A DNA stretch of 64,000 nucleotides from Piromyces finnis finn (GCA_002104945.1 MCFH01000067.1:124001-188000), one strand, 5' to 3'. Positions 1-14,426 are shown, numbered from the stretch's first letter. The notes: generated by a model not told the origin, from the sequence alone. Program-made: numbers and translations.

Positions 1-288
1 ATATATAATATAAATGATTGTTTTCCTTCCTCTACTGATTCTTCAAACGATATCAAAAGAATATCTAATCATTCTAATACTGTTTATAATGCTCATCTTG
101 CACCAGTTGATGATACAATTAATAATAATAGAAATCATTCAAAATCTGTTAATTCAATTAATAATAGAAACAATAATTCACAAAATAATGAAACAAGAAA
201 TAACAATATTTTCAATTATAACATTTCTATCAATGAAGAAGACTTACTTCCAAGTTATAAAGAAGTAGTAAATGAAAAAAATACATAA
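1..288 (+). CDS. 3' end (Asn-rich cytoplasmic tail) of an LRR receptor-like family paralog, truncated by the window edge
   Basis: Frame 1 is open from 1 to TAA at 286-288 and ends NEEDLLPSYKEVVNEKNT. This matches the tails of the LRR-TM genes at 11955 (KGLLPSYEDVLNE) and 14829 (EEDLLPSYEDILNE). The ORF track shows a different, spurious frame. Confidence 0.75.
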   Translation: MYNINDCFPSSTDSSNDIKRISNHSNTVYNAHLAPVDDTINNNRNHSKSVNSINNRNNNSQNNETRNNNIFNYNISINEEDLLPSYKEVVNEKNT

Positions 289-3069
289 TAACACAATTAC
301 AATGTATAAATATTAATTATAATAATATAAATGAAAAAGACAACCAAGTTATTAATATTAATGTATAATAACATTGTAATATATATTTAAAAGAATTATA
401 ATTCTCTTTTTATATATTTATTTTAAATACCCAAACCTAATAATATTATGAGTTTTTTAAATCTATTTTAAAACTTTAAAAAAAAAAAAAAAGTATTAAT
501 TTTTGATTATTTTTTATTTTATTAAAGAATAAATAATAATACTTTTTAAATTTAACTATCAATTAGAATAAAACTACAAAAAAATAGAAATAAAGTAATT
601 AAATAATATAAATAACAAATGTTATTAGATATTTTATATTTAAATATAGTTATCTAATATTTATTTAAATATTAGTTTTTTTTCTTTCAAATTTAAATAA
701 ATTTAATATTATATTATCACTTTAATTTTTCAGTTAAAATGTTTTCAATATTTCGTATCGAGTAATAATTAATTTTTGATTTTTATTAACAAAATAAAAA
801 AAAAAGAAATAAGAATATAATAATAATATTAAATACATAAATATTATAAATATATAATATTTAGTATGTATAGGTATAATGAATATTTTGTAATCTCAAA
901 TCCAGATTTTAATCGAGTATTAAAATATAATTGACTTAATATTTTTATTTATATAATTTTATTTTTTTTTTTTAATTTTTTTATCCTTTATTCCTCAAGA
1001 TATAGATAATATATTAAACATGATAAAATTATAATTATTTGTTTTTACTTTATTTAAAAGAATAATATTATTAAAATGTATATATTGATTTATAATTTAT
1101 CGCTTTCTATTATAAACTGAATGTTATGAATAATTTAAATAGAATTATCCCTTAAGAGCTTGGAAATTTAAAAAAAATAATTATATAAATCCACAAATAA
1201 CAATTTTATTATAAATACGTTACATTACACGATGTTAAGAAAAATCATCTTATTAAATAATATTAATAATAATTAGTTTAGCTTTAGTAAAGGGGACTTT
1301 TCAAATTGAAAGAGTGAAGCGTATAAAAATAAAAAAAAAATTTTTAAATTGAAAGTTTAATTTTTTTTTTGTATTTTTTATTAAATTTTATTTTCAGTTG
1401 TGTAACATAAAAATTAACTAATGTATACATTGATGTATTACATTAAAATAAGATAAAATAGCGCTTTCTTTTTTTTTTTTTACATTTTATATATAAATAT
1501 TCATATTTTTTTATTGTTAATATTAGTACATAGATCTATAAGATCATATATAATTACTTTTTAATAGATTTAAGAGTCGAGTCATATTGACTCTTCATTG
1601 AATTTCATTAATTCTTGGTTAATTTTCTTTTGGTACTAGTAGTGATTTGTCCTTTTCTGTTTAATACATCGTCATAACTTTAAAGTATGAAATTTTCACT
1701 AACAACTAAATTGTTGTTATGTACATTATCTAATTATTTAGTACTATAACATGTCACTTTACTCTTTATTATAATTAATTATATCTATATAATTATAAAA
1801 ATCTGCATTATTTCTCTTTTTTTATATTATAATTTATAATTTCATATTTTAATTTCATTAAATATAAATAATTACCAAAATAATAATTTATTTAAATATT
1901 CTATTCAATTTCTTTAACTTTAAAATAAATTAGAAATTATTATATAAATAAAGTATAAAATGGATTAATTAAACTAGAATAAATTATTAACATTATTATT
2001 TATGTTTTCTCACATTTCTTTTCCCATTTCTTTTTTCCCATATTTTTTTTTTAGAAATAATGATAATTTAAACTTTTTTTTATTGAAATTAACCTTTTTT
2101 TTTTTTTTACCCAAAAAAATCCTTTAAATAAAAATTGATTTTTTTTGTTTGTTTGTTTTGTTTCTCATAAAACTTACTATAAATAATTAATTTTATTGGT
2201 TATTAATCATCTAAAATTTAAAATGAATTTATTCATAAACTTTTTAATCTTTTTATACTATTATTTACATTATTTTGTAAATAATAGTAAAAAGAGTTGT
2301 ATAATAATTGGAATAATTTAATTATTATCTCAATTTTTAAGGCATTTAATACATTTTATTTATAGGATTATTGAATTTTATAATAATTCATTATAAAAAC
2401 TTAAATATACTTTATTAAAGAATTTTATTTTTTTTTTTATTTATTTTATTAATGATTTAACTTTTTGTAAGTAGAAAAAATATATATTATTATATTATTA
2501 TTATATTATTACAAATAATAAATAATTATAACTAAAAATTAATTGAAATTTAAAAATAAAATAGATCAAAGGAATTTATTGAAATAAAAATTATAAAGTT
2601 AGATCTATACTTTTATTATTATTTAAAAATGAATAAAACAGTAATCTAGTTCATTTACATGAATTACTTTATTTTATATCAATATTTAGAAATAATGAAA
2701 TGAATAATTAAAATATATATATATATTTAAATAAAAAAAATTTATAATAATTATAACTTATAATTGTACTTCTTAATATGTATTTTTGATAATAATTATA
2801 TAAAAAAAATTACAAAATTAACATTTATAAGGTTTACTTTTTGATTTAAATCTCCAATATTAAAATTCGTTTTTAATTCATTTAAAATTAAACTTTAATA
2901 AAATAAAAATTTGATCTATTTTTATTTGTAATATGAAAATCCTTTTTTTCCTTTTCAATATAAATAGGTTGAAAATGTATTAAAAAAAAAAAAAAAACTA
3001 TTATTTATTATACCTTTAAAAAATATTATTTATTTTAAATATTAATTTAGAATTTTACTTTAATTAAAA

Positions 3070-6000
3070 ATGAAATTTCAACAAATCGGTGTTGTTCTTA
3101 CTTTTCTTTCATTAAATCTTAATGGTGCTTTATCTTTACCTGCTAATAAAATAGGAAGTAGAATTGATGAACTTGATCCACAAAAAATTGATGATATTTT
3201 TGGTATTAATGTAAATTTACGTAGACCAAATATAACTGCTATTCTTTCAAAAATTTCAGATAAAATACAAGAAGGAAAGGATAAAATTAAGAAATATAAA
3301 AAGGATGAAGTAAAATCTAATATTAATAAATTATTTTTCAATAAATACTTTAGTAATAGAGTATGAATTGATACCTAACAATTCATATTATTTTTTTTTT
3401 ATAAATTTTAGGTATGTATGACAGACGAATGTGTAGAATCTTCAAAAAAAATATTAAGTAGTATGGATACTACAGTTGATCCATGTGATGATTTCTATCA
3501 ATATGCTTGTGGTGGTTGGATGGTATTTATTTATTTTTATTTGTATATGAAATAAATAAAATATAGAAAAAAAATATTTATTAATACTTTGTTTTTTTAT
3601 TTTAATAAATAAAATAAAAAAATAGGAACAAAATGAAATTCCATCAAACTCTGTTAGTATAAGTACTTCCATTAAAGGAAATGCAAGAAACATGGTAAAT
3701 AATAATAATAATAATATGTTTTAAAAATTATAAAAAAGTAATAATTATTAATAATAATATATAATAAAAAATATTTATTTCTTTTCAATAAATATAGGAA
3801 ATTATTAAGAATATTCTTGAACGTGACTACAAGGTTAATGAAAATTTAAGTCCAGAAGAACAAGAATTAGATAAAAATTTATTTAATAAATTAAAAACAA
3901 TTTTCAATACTTGTATGGATGTTGATAAGATTAATGCCAAAGGAAAACAACCATTAATTGATTTATACGATAAATTAAAAATCTACGAAAATAGAGAAAA
4001 TTACAAGGATGTTAATAAATTCACTGAACAACTTGTTACTCTTAATAAGTATGGTATTTTCCCATTCTTTAAAATTGGTGGTCATACAGATTATGAAAAG
4101 GCAAATCATTACCTCATTGCTTTTCTTCAAAATGGTTTAACTTTAAGTAAAGACTATTACTCTTATGACGTTGTTTTGGTCGAATTAAGAAAATACATTA
4201 AAAATATATTAACTTTAATCTTTGATAGTACTGAAAGAGATATTGATGCTATGGCAGATTCTATTTTAGAATTTGAAAAAAAGGTTGCCAATGCTTATGT
4301 TCCAAGGTAAAAAAAAAATTAGATAATTCATTTTAATCTATTTGTTAAATTAATGTTAAATTTTTTTTTTTTTTTTTTATTTTTATTCAATTTTTTAAAA
4401 AAATATTATGATATTGTGATGTATTATGATAAATAGTGTAAAATTACAAAATCCACAATTTTATTATAATAAGCGCACTATTAAAGAATTATCTGAAAGA
4501 TATCCAAAAATCAATTGGAGTTTATTCTTTAAGCAAAGACTTGCTAACCATAATATTGATTTTGAATTTGATGATGAAACCATCTTTATTGATATGACAC
4601 CAGATTATTTAACAACTTTAAATGAAATTCTTGAAGAATCTGATGTTGATAGTATTGCTTACTATTTAGAATGGTATATTTTAAAAGCATAATAGAAATT
4701 GATAAAATTAATAATATACTAATAATTTTTTATTATATCCATTATTATATAATATCTAACATATATCTAAATAAATAATAATTAATAAAATTAGGAGAGT
4801 TATTGACAGATTCTATGAATACTTATCTAGTGATCTTCAAGGTCCAGTTAAAGAATTTAGCGATTTCTTATATGGTAAGTATTATAAAATATCAAATTAA
4901 ATTTAATATAGAATTATTATTTTAATTACAATGTATTTATTAAACATTATTTAATTACAATTTTTATTAATATTTTTATATAATAATTCTTTTTTACCTT
5001 TTTAATAAAAAAAAGGTGGAAGTGTTGAAACTCCATTATATGATAAATGTTCTTCAATGGTTGATGATATGATGGAAATGGCTGTTGGTAAATACTTTGT
5101 TGAAGAAGCCTTCGATTCTAATACTAAACCAGCTGTTAAAGAAGTATTCAAAAATATCAAGCAATCCATGATTGAAAGAATTCCACAAATGGAATGGCTT
5201 GATAAGGAAACTAGTGATTATGCTATTGAAAAGGTTAAAATGATTAAAGAAAATATTGCTTATCCAGATTATCTTATGGATCTTGAAAAGATGACTAAAA
5301 AGTATGAATATTTAGAACTTAATCCAGATGATTACCTTGGTAATGTTATCAGTTATCTTAACATGTACTACAGAAATGATTTAAATCGTATTGTTGAACC
5401 AACTTCAGACTGGCGTTACTCTCCACAAGTAAATATTTTCATAATAAATAAAATATATATTATATTTATGTTATATCATTTTTATAATTACATAATATAA
5501 TAATTTCTATAAATTATACTTTTTTAATTTTTTTTATATAAATTAGACCTTTAATGGTTTCTACTATCCACCAGATAATTCTATCAATATTCTTGCTGGT
5601 ATTTTACAATCTCCATTCTATGATTCTCATGAACCAGATTACATTAACTATGGTGGTCTTGGTATGCTTGTTGGTCATGAATTAACACATGCTTTTGATG
5701 GTACTGGTAGACAATTTGATAAGAATGGAAGTATGACTAATTGGGTTAGTATTATATAACAATTACAATGTATTATATAATATTTATATATATTGTTGAT
5801 ATATTTAAAAAATATTAATTTCGTAAAATTTTTATTTTTAAAATAATATAATATAGTGGACTTCATCAACAGCAGAAAACTTTAGTAATGCCTCTCAATG
5901 TTTCGTCAACCAGTAAATATTTTCAAAAATAAATATATATATATTTATTTATTTATTTATTATTTTAATAAAAAAACTAATTTTTTATAATAAAAAATAG

Positions 6001-6523
6001 ATATTCAAATTATACTATTGTAGGAAGTGATGGCAATAACTATAATGTTGATGGTGAAGTAAGTTATTATATATAAACATTAAAGCTATTATATTAAACT
6101 ATTATTATACTATATATTATAAATATTGAAAAAAATTTATTTTAATCATCATATATTTTATTTTTTATTATTTCATAGTTTACTCTTAATGAAAACATTT
6201 CTGATAATGGTGGTGTTGATCGTGCCTATGAAGCTTGGAAAATATCCATGAATAACGATGAAAAAGAAGCTAAAGAACGTAATAAGATACTTCCAGATTT
6301 CACTAAATATACTAGAGATCAATTATTCTTTATTTCATTTGGTCAAATTTGGTGTTCTAAAATGAGACCAGAAGTTGCTGTTCAAAGATTATCTCAAGAT
6401 AATCATGCTCCAAGTGAATGGCGTGTTAAGGGTGTCTTAAGAAATTCAAAATATTTCGCTAAAGCTTTCAATTGTCCAGTCAATTCACCAATGAATCCAG
6501 AACAAAAATGTTCAATTTGGTAA
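3070..6523 (+). CDS. Secreted M13 family (neprilysin/ECE-like) zinc metalloendopeptidase, 11 exons
   Basis: GT-AG exons traced at approximately 3070-3360, 3412-3522, 3626-3694, 3798-4306, 4437-4673, 4795-4874, 5016-5428, 5547-5744, 5857-5912, 6001-6058 and 6179-6523. Motifs: [15 protein letters not shown]; TFNGFY (NAFY equivalent); [11 protein letters not shown]; GHELTHAFD (HExxH at 5676-5690); [11 protein letters not shown]; HAPSEWRV; C-terminal [10 protein letters not shown]. Hydrophobic N-terminal signal peptide. Confidence 0.95.
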
Positions 6524-8129
6524 AATTAATTATTAAAAATGGAAAAGAGTTGTATTTATATATTTTCTAATAAATGTATATCTAAATATGTAAAAAATAG
6601 AATAATATAAGAGAATTATTAACTATTATATTATTTTAATAATAATAAAAATTAGAAGAAATAAATAAAATTCACATAATAAATAAAAAAATTAAATATA
6701 AGAATTTTTTTTATATTTTTTTATAAAATTTTTTATTTTTAAAAAGTAAAAAAGATTTTTTTCCTTTTTTTATTAAATTTTTTTAGACAATTTTTCGTTC
6801 AATTTATTGTTGTGAAACATTTTTTAGACTAGTAGTAATACACTTTTTATATTTATTTGATTTAAAATTTATAGATGATAATTAATATTAATATTATTAA
6901 TAATATTAATATAATAAATAATAAATATTAAAGTGATATAAAGAATTAGATGAATTCTGCAATTTGTACATGTGAAATTGACCTACCTAATAAATTAAAT
7001 GAAATAAAAAAGAAAACTAACATCAGGTAGGATAGTGTGGTGTACACTAAATTCTCCTATGAGTTTATAATTTTAATTAAATTAGTAATAAAGTTTAAAA
7101 ATATTTGATGTCATTAAAAAAAAAAAAGAGTTTATAATAATGGTTTTATTCGAAATTAGAAATGTTCTTTTATCATATCCATTCGATGTCTTATTACACC
7201 GAATAAATAATCCTTTTATTCTATTTATATTTAATAACATAATTTTAAAATATTCTGTATTAAAATTGATCTATATAAAAGTTTATTAGAATGCTTTTAT
7301 ATTTATTATTAAAATAAAGCAAAGGATTTTTAAAGTGTATATTGAAAATATTTTTATTTTTTATAACTATTTTTAAATATTTAGAAAAATAAAATATGTA
7401 TTTTATTCATATTTTTGTTATTGTAGTAAAAAATATGAAAATTATATACTTTAAAGCCATTTCTTTTTTTTTTTTTACTATTATCTCTAACCTTTTTATT
7501 ATTAAATACATTTTTTTATTTGATGTATCTCCAATACTTTATCATATTTACTTAAAAATAAAAAAAAGACACCAAATAAAATATTTTTTGGAGAAAATAA
7601 AGAACAATCTTTTTAAATGGGAACAAAACTTTTAACAACCAAAATATCCATGTTTTATTAATATAATAAATTCTTTATATTATAACAAAATACTGTTAAA
7701 ATATGTAAAATATATAAAATATGAAGGTATAAAATGTATTAAAATATTTTGTAGTAAGTTAAAGATGCAACCATCCACAATGTAAACAAGTAAACAAGTA
7801 AATAAAAATATTTTAATTTTAGGAAAATTTCATTTCTACAAAAATGTATGAATAAAAATGTACAATTATAATTAATAATGTACATTCTCATAATTTCAAT
7901 AAAAATTGTTTTGTTGAGAAGTTGAGAAAAAAGAATAAAATTTATTAAACTTTATATTTTTACATCAAAATATATATATATAATAATGATAAGAACCATA
8001 CAAAATGTTTTTTAACTATTTTGTGTCATAATCTAGTTTTGCAAAACACACTTTAAAAATATAAATTAATAAAAATAATCTTTAAATCATAGAAATAGAA
8101 CTTGAAAACTATTTTTAGAAATAATAAAA

Positions 8130-10195
8130 AAAAAAATTCATATATTATTATTGTTGGTTTATTCATATTTTCGTTTGGTAATATTATTAAATCTGCATAT
8201 CATTTACCTGAATCAACTTCTGTTAAAGTTGTACATGAATAATAAATCAATGTATCAAAATATATATTTTGAACAATAAGTTTAAATATTGCTTCTTTAT
8301 AATAATTTATATTTGAAGTTTTATTATGAAAATATTCAATTATAATAGCTACTTCACGTTATTCTTTTCCATTCCATGTATCATTTAATTGTTTTTTAGA
8401 TAATTCTACTTTTTCAAATAATTTTTTCCATTTATTATTTTCTGTGGATACCTTAAATGATGTATGTACTTCTTCATTAGGAATAAATAATTCCCAATTA
8501 ATTTATCAGATTTATTATCATAATCTTTTTTATATTCATAGGCTAAATATCCAAGATGAACAAGCTTTACTAAAACATCGTATTTATTATTATATTCTCC
8601 GCAATTTCTATTGAAATTAACAATATCCATGTCTAATTTTATTCTATTCTTTTTATCACTCATTAAATATACAATATCTTTTTTTAGTCCATCAAAATCC
8701 ATATCGATATATTTATAAAGGTTATCATACGATTCAGTTAAATGCCAATAGTTTCTAATACTATTGAATTCAAATGCTTTTATAATTGACAATGATGTAT
8801 ATATTTCATATGTTTTCCAATAATTCCTATTTTCATTTTTACTTCCATCTGTTAATCTGTAACCATTATATATTTCTTTAATATTATAATAAAAAATATT
8901 TACATATTCATCATCGAAATTTTTCTTTTTTTTAAATTTTTTGCATAATTCTTTCACTTCTTCAACTGTAAAGCCAACATATTTTGACATCCATCCACCT
9001 TCTACCATAGAAAAGTGATCAAAAATCCCTGTGATCTCAGAATTTAATCCATAACTCTTAAGAGGCAAAATTCCTGTCATATAAGTTAAATGTATGCTTT
9101 CTTCTCCTTTAATTAATGAAGTTAAAAATTTCAAGTACTCTATTGAATTTTTATTATTATCTCGAAATACTATATCCCATTCATCAATGACGAGAATATT
9201 ATGTCTACTCGTCTTTTCTAGTATTTCGTTCAATATTTCATTAATGCTGTTTTTATTATCACATTCAAAATCTGCTATAGAATTTTTTACTTCTTTTATA
9301 ATAGATGTTTTAATATTTTCTTTTCCTTCTTTTATACTTGTTTGATAAAGATAATTAAACATATTTAATTTTATTACATTAAATTTTCCTAAATATTTAT
9401 CTCAATTTTCTGATTTTGAAATTTTTTTATCCATAAAACTAGTTATTTTCGATTCTTTATAACTATAATAAGCTGAAAGCATATCTACTATTTTGGTTTT
9501 CCCAAATCTTCTAGGTCTTGAAATACAAATATTTTGTTTCTCTGAATTTATTATTTTATTTAGTTCAAGAATTAATTCTGTTTTATCAACATAAAATTCT
9601 CTTTGTGAAAATTTTTTAAAATCATTTTCACCAGGATTAAATATATTGTTTGTTTCCTCTTTCATATAATTCCACCAGTCAGCTTTAGAAATCAATTTAA
9701 ATAATCGATGTATTTCTTTATTTGGAATGGATATTTCATTATTATATTTATCATAATTTAAATACCCTAAATGGACAAGTTTCATTAGATTGTTTTTTCT
9801 TTTTGAAAATGAATAAATATCATTTTGATACAATAATGAATCTACTTTTATTTTTTTATCCCTTTCTGATTCTATTAATAAAGTAATAACATCTTTTAGA
9901 TTATCATAATTCTTTTGAATAAATTTAGCAAGTAAATCATAATAATTATCATCCATTTGATACCTCTTAACAATATTATTTTTTAAGGATTCTAAAATTA
10001 AATATGGAGAATATATTTTATATATTTCATTTGAAAAACTATCTATTAATTGATAACTGCCATAAGAGTCTTTTAAATTCTCATACTTTATTCTATTTCT
10101 ACCTCTATCTTTGTCATTTTCATACTTTGTTTCGTTTTTATGTATTAATGCTTTATTATTTATTATTTCATCTTCAGAGGTTTTTTGTGTGATTA
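8130..10195 (-). pseudogene. AAA-ATPase-like (PF09820-type) / PD-(D/E)XK nuclease gene of bacterial type, partly tandem-duplicated and disrupted
   Basis: Motifs FYVDKTELI, ICISRPRRFGKT (Walker A), LVIDEWD (Walker B), MTGILP, YVGFTVEEV and LVHLGYL. An in-frame TGA at 9402-9404 links the two tracked ORFs. After a frameshift near 8490 another frame reads LFIPNEEV...SKKQLNDTWNGKE*REVAIIIE...EVDSGK*YADLIILP...KPTIIIYE, a nuclease remnant. No introns. Confidence 0.85.
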
Positions 10196-11009
10196 TTTAC
10201 AAGTATATAATTCCTTTAAATATTGAAAAAGATTCATGATTAATTAATATTTTTATTTTCATAGCTTTTTTCTTTTATTTTGAAAAAAGCTATAAATAAA
10301 TTGAATGATATCCATTGTATCATATTATTAATAATATATCTTAATAATTAAAATAAAATATTTAATATAAAAATTGATACTTTATCATTATGGTATAATT
10401 CATAATACTATGTATAATATTATAGAGAGTATAAATTATAAATTGATGTTATAGAAATAGAAATATTACTATTATTATATTATAATAAAAAAAATCTTTT
10501 AAAAGGTAATATAATGTTAGTTTTATATATAATATATATGTATTACAATAAAGGTTTTAAAATAGTTATTGCCATTTTAAAAAATTATATAATTATATAA
10601 TCCATTAAATGAATAAATATTACTATATTAATGAAAATTAAGTTATTTATTTTGATTTTCTTTGAAATTAATAATATTTATATATATTTATGTCTTTTAT
10701 AACACCATTTTCACAAGGATCCTCTCCTCGTATACCACAATATACCTATGTCTATGAATATCCAAATTATAGAAAAATATTTATAAATTGTATCCTTATG
10801 CGTTACTGATATATCATCATTATAAATACAATGATTATCAATACATTTATTAAATAAACAATCAGAAACATTATATTTTAAAGAAATGTTAAAAAACTAG
10901 TATCACTATTAAGACAATAAACCATCACTTTATTTTTTTTGCTTTATCATTCTATATACAATACTCTACAATATTATATTTTAAATTGTAGTTTTAGGCT
11001 TTCATTCGG

Positions 11010-11642
<633 letters not shown>

Positions 11643-11898
11643 CTTTCATTCGGAAATTCAATAAAATTACCATAGTTATCACTATTTTGTAAAGTGATAC
11701 AATTTCTATTTCTACAATAACTTTTTTCATATTTTGCTCTTACCTGAATTTTCATATTTACATAATAATTTATCAGATATTAAATATTAATAATTATGTA
11801 TATCAAAGGAATATAAATATCTGTATAATTAAATCTATCGTTATCCTTATAATATTTTGTTTTTTTAAAAGGTAAAAAAAACGTTCAAAATGATCATA

Positions 11899-11930
11899 TT
11901 TGAAACAAAAAAGATTTTATTGGTTAAATA
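11899..11930 (+). promoter_or_regulatory. Conserved upstream motif with inverted CCAAT box, shared by both LRR genes
   Basis: TTTGAAACAAAAAAGATTTTATTGGTTAAA lies upstream of gene A. A near-identical TTTGAAACAAAAAAAATTTTTATTGGTTAAA lies at about 14722-14755, upstream of gene B. The flanks are diverged. Confidence 0.4.
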
Positions 11931-11954
11931 ATAAAATTAAAAAAAAAAAAAAAA

Positions 11955-12549
11955 ATGAAAACGCTTTTTTTGTTATTGCTAATCAATTTAACTTTTACAG
12001 CAAAGTTTATTTATTCTTAATTTGTAGAAGATTGTCGTATTGTAAATAAATTATTGGGAGAATTTGAGGAAAATGATTGTTGTTCTTCCCCTGGAATTAC
12101 TTGTGATAAAGGTTTCGTAGTGGCAATGTAATAATAAAGAGAAAGGCTACTTTTTTTTTTTTTTTTCATTTTATTTCTATTCAATAACCTAGATATTCAA
12201 TATTAATAATAATTAACAATTAATTAACAATAGAGAATTAAGAAATGTTAACGTCATATTGCCTGGTGGTTCAATTCCACCTGAAATTGGAAATTTATCA
12301 AACTTGATAAAATTGTAATTATCCATTTTATAAAGGAAAATTTAAAAATTCTTTATTTATATACATCAATTTATATTTATTTTTTTTTTCAATGTTTTAC
12401 AAAATAATAAATAGAGATCTTTTCAATAAAGGTTTTTCTGGTTCCATTCCTCCAGAGCTCGGAAATTTATCCAATTTGAAAGTTTTGTAAAGATTGTTTA
12501 TATTATTATATAATTTATAAAACCTATAATTTCTTATTTTTAAAATTAC

Positions 12550-12581
<32 letters not shown>

Positions 12582-14426
12582 GAATTCTCCAAAAAAATGC
12601 TTTAACTGGTCCCATTCCACCTGAACTTGGAAATTTAACAAAATTGACTTGGTTGTAAATATTTTTTAATAATATTTATTTAAATCTCTCTATAAATTTT
12701 TATTCCTCCAATGAATCATAAAATAATTACATTATTTTCTTTTTTTTTTTTTTATTTTTCATTTCTAAAAATACATTATTAATTAAAAAATAGAAATTTA
12801 GTGGATAATAAATTAAGTGGTTCTATTCCACCTGAACTTGGAAATTTAACAGAATTGGATTCACCGTAATGAATTTATATATACTATCTGTTTAATCTAT
12901 TTATTTATTTTTAAATTCTTAATTTATTAAAATAAAAAAAATATAAAATAATGTTATTTATTCTAATTAGAAATATAAAACTCTTTCATTAATTAAAAAA
13001 AAAAAAAAATAGACGATTAAGTGATAATTATTTAAGTGGTTCCCTTCCACCTGAACTTGGAAAGTTATCAAGCTTGAGAACTTTGTAAATGATTTTTATA
13101 ATATTATTTGTTTATCTATTCATTATATTAATTCTTATTTTAAATGAAACAAAAAAAAAAAAAAATTATATTATTTACATTATTTTTTATTCTTTTTTAA
13201 AATTATTATAAATATGTTATTAATAGATGGATAGAAAATAATAACTTTAGTGGTTCCATTCCACCTGAGCTTGGAAATTTATTAAAATTGAGATGGATGT
13301 AATTAATAATATTTGTTTATATATAATCATTGCTTCTTTATTAATAATTAATTAATTATTTATTTATAAAATAAAAATAATTCATGACCACTTAAAAACA
13401 ACAACAACAACAACAACAACAACTAAAATTGAATAATATCTAATAAATCATGTATGATATTCAGAAATATTAGTAATAACGGATTTAGTAGTACTATGCC
13501 ACAAGAAATATTAAATCGTCCATATGATGAATTGTAAGTAATTTCTTTTTTTTTATATAAATAGATGTACTTTTTATATCGTTGCTCAATATGATTATAT
13601 TGAAAATAGTTTATAGTTTTAAATTATGTTGATTATCATTTTAATGATTATATATAAAATGAATACAAAAAGTTTTTTATTTTAAAATAAATATTAATAT
13701 TAATTATTTGTACTGTCTATATATAGTAAATTTTATAATTATGATGATAGTACCAAACAAGTTCCCGAAAAAGAAGAATCAGATAAATTAATTATTGATA
13801 ATGATTTAAATAAGGATACTTTAAATAAGGATACTAAATCCGATAAGGGTGGTAGTAATACATTATTAGCAATAGTTATTGTGTTTGGAATAATTGGTAT
13901 TGTTTCAAGCATTTTATTATTCCTCGTTATAAAAAAAAATAAAAAGTTAAAAGATAATGATAAAAATAATGTAAGAAATAGTTCTTTATCGACTGTAAAT
14001 AATGTTCACATTAATCCATCTATAATTTCAGGAAATGATGAAAATACAACACTTGATATTGTTTCTACCCCAGTTCTTTCTTTTAATAATAATTATAACA
14101 GTACTATTACGGAAATAAATACTAATAATGCTATTACTACTATTCATGATGATGATGATGATGATGATTCAATAGTAATTAATTCTACTATTACTACAAA
14201 TAACAGATATAGTGTTCCTTTAAATTCTACGAATAATATAAACCATGTAATGACAATGAATAGCATTGGAGAAAAGGGTTTACTTCCAAGTTATGAAGAT
14301 GTTTTAAATGAAGATGGAAAGCATAACACGGAAAAATATCCACTGTCTGACGATAAATCCAAAATTCAAACTATAAAAAATGAAAAAAATAAGGAACCAC
14401 TTCATTCATCAAAAAAGAAATATTAA
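11955..14426 (+). pseudogene. LRR receptor-like protein A (signal peptide, Cys cap, 7 LRR exons, TM, cytoplasmic tail) with in-frame stop at codon 22
   Basis: Exon 1 from 11955 (MKTLFLLLLINLTFTAKFIYS*FVEDC...DCCSSPGITC). LRR exons at 12234-12314, 12415-12486, 12583-12654, 12794-12865, 13013-13084, 13227-13298 and 13465-13533, each with consensus LxxNxLSGSIPPELGNLxxL. Last exon 13727-14426 encodes TM LLAIVIVFGIIGIVSSILLFLVI. TAA at 12018-12020. Confidence 0.85.

Noticed and set aside
7396-7635. Short F/I/L/K-rich ORFs in the track (e.g. 14, 7396, 10004, 16480, 24042, 25499, 37302) and antisense ORFs over real genes
   Set aside because: Composition mirrors AT-rich noncoding DNA or shadows of true coding strands; no motifs or splice context.
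9402-9404. TGA read as Trp (alternative genetic code) in the AAA-ATPase gene
   Set aside because: Other disruptions in the same gene are TAA, a TGA at a Gly position and a frameshift, and neighbouring genes use TGG for Trp. Pseudogenisation is simpler.
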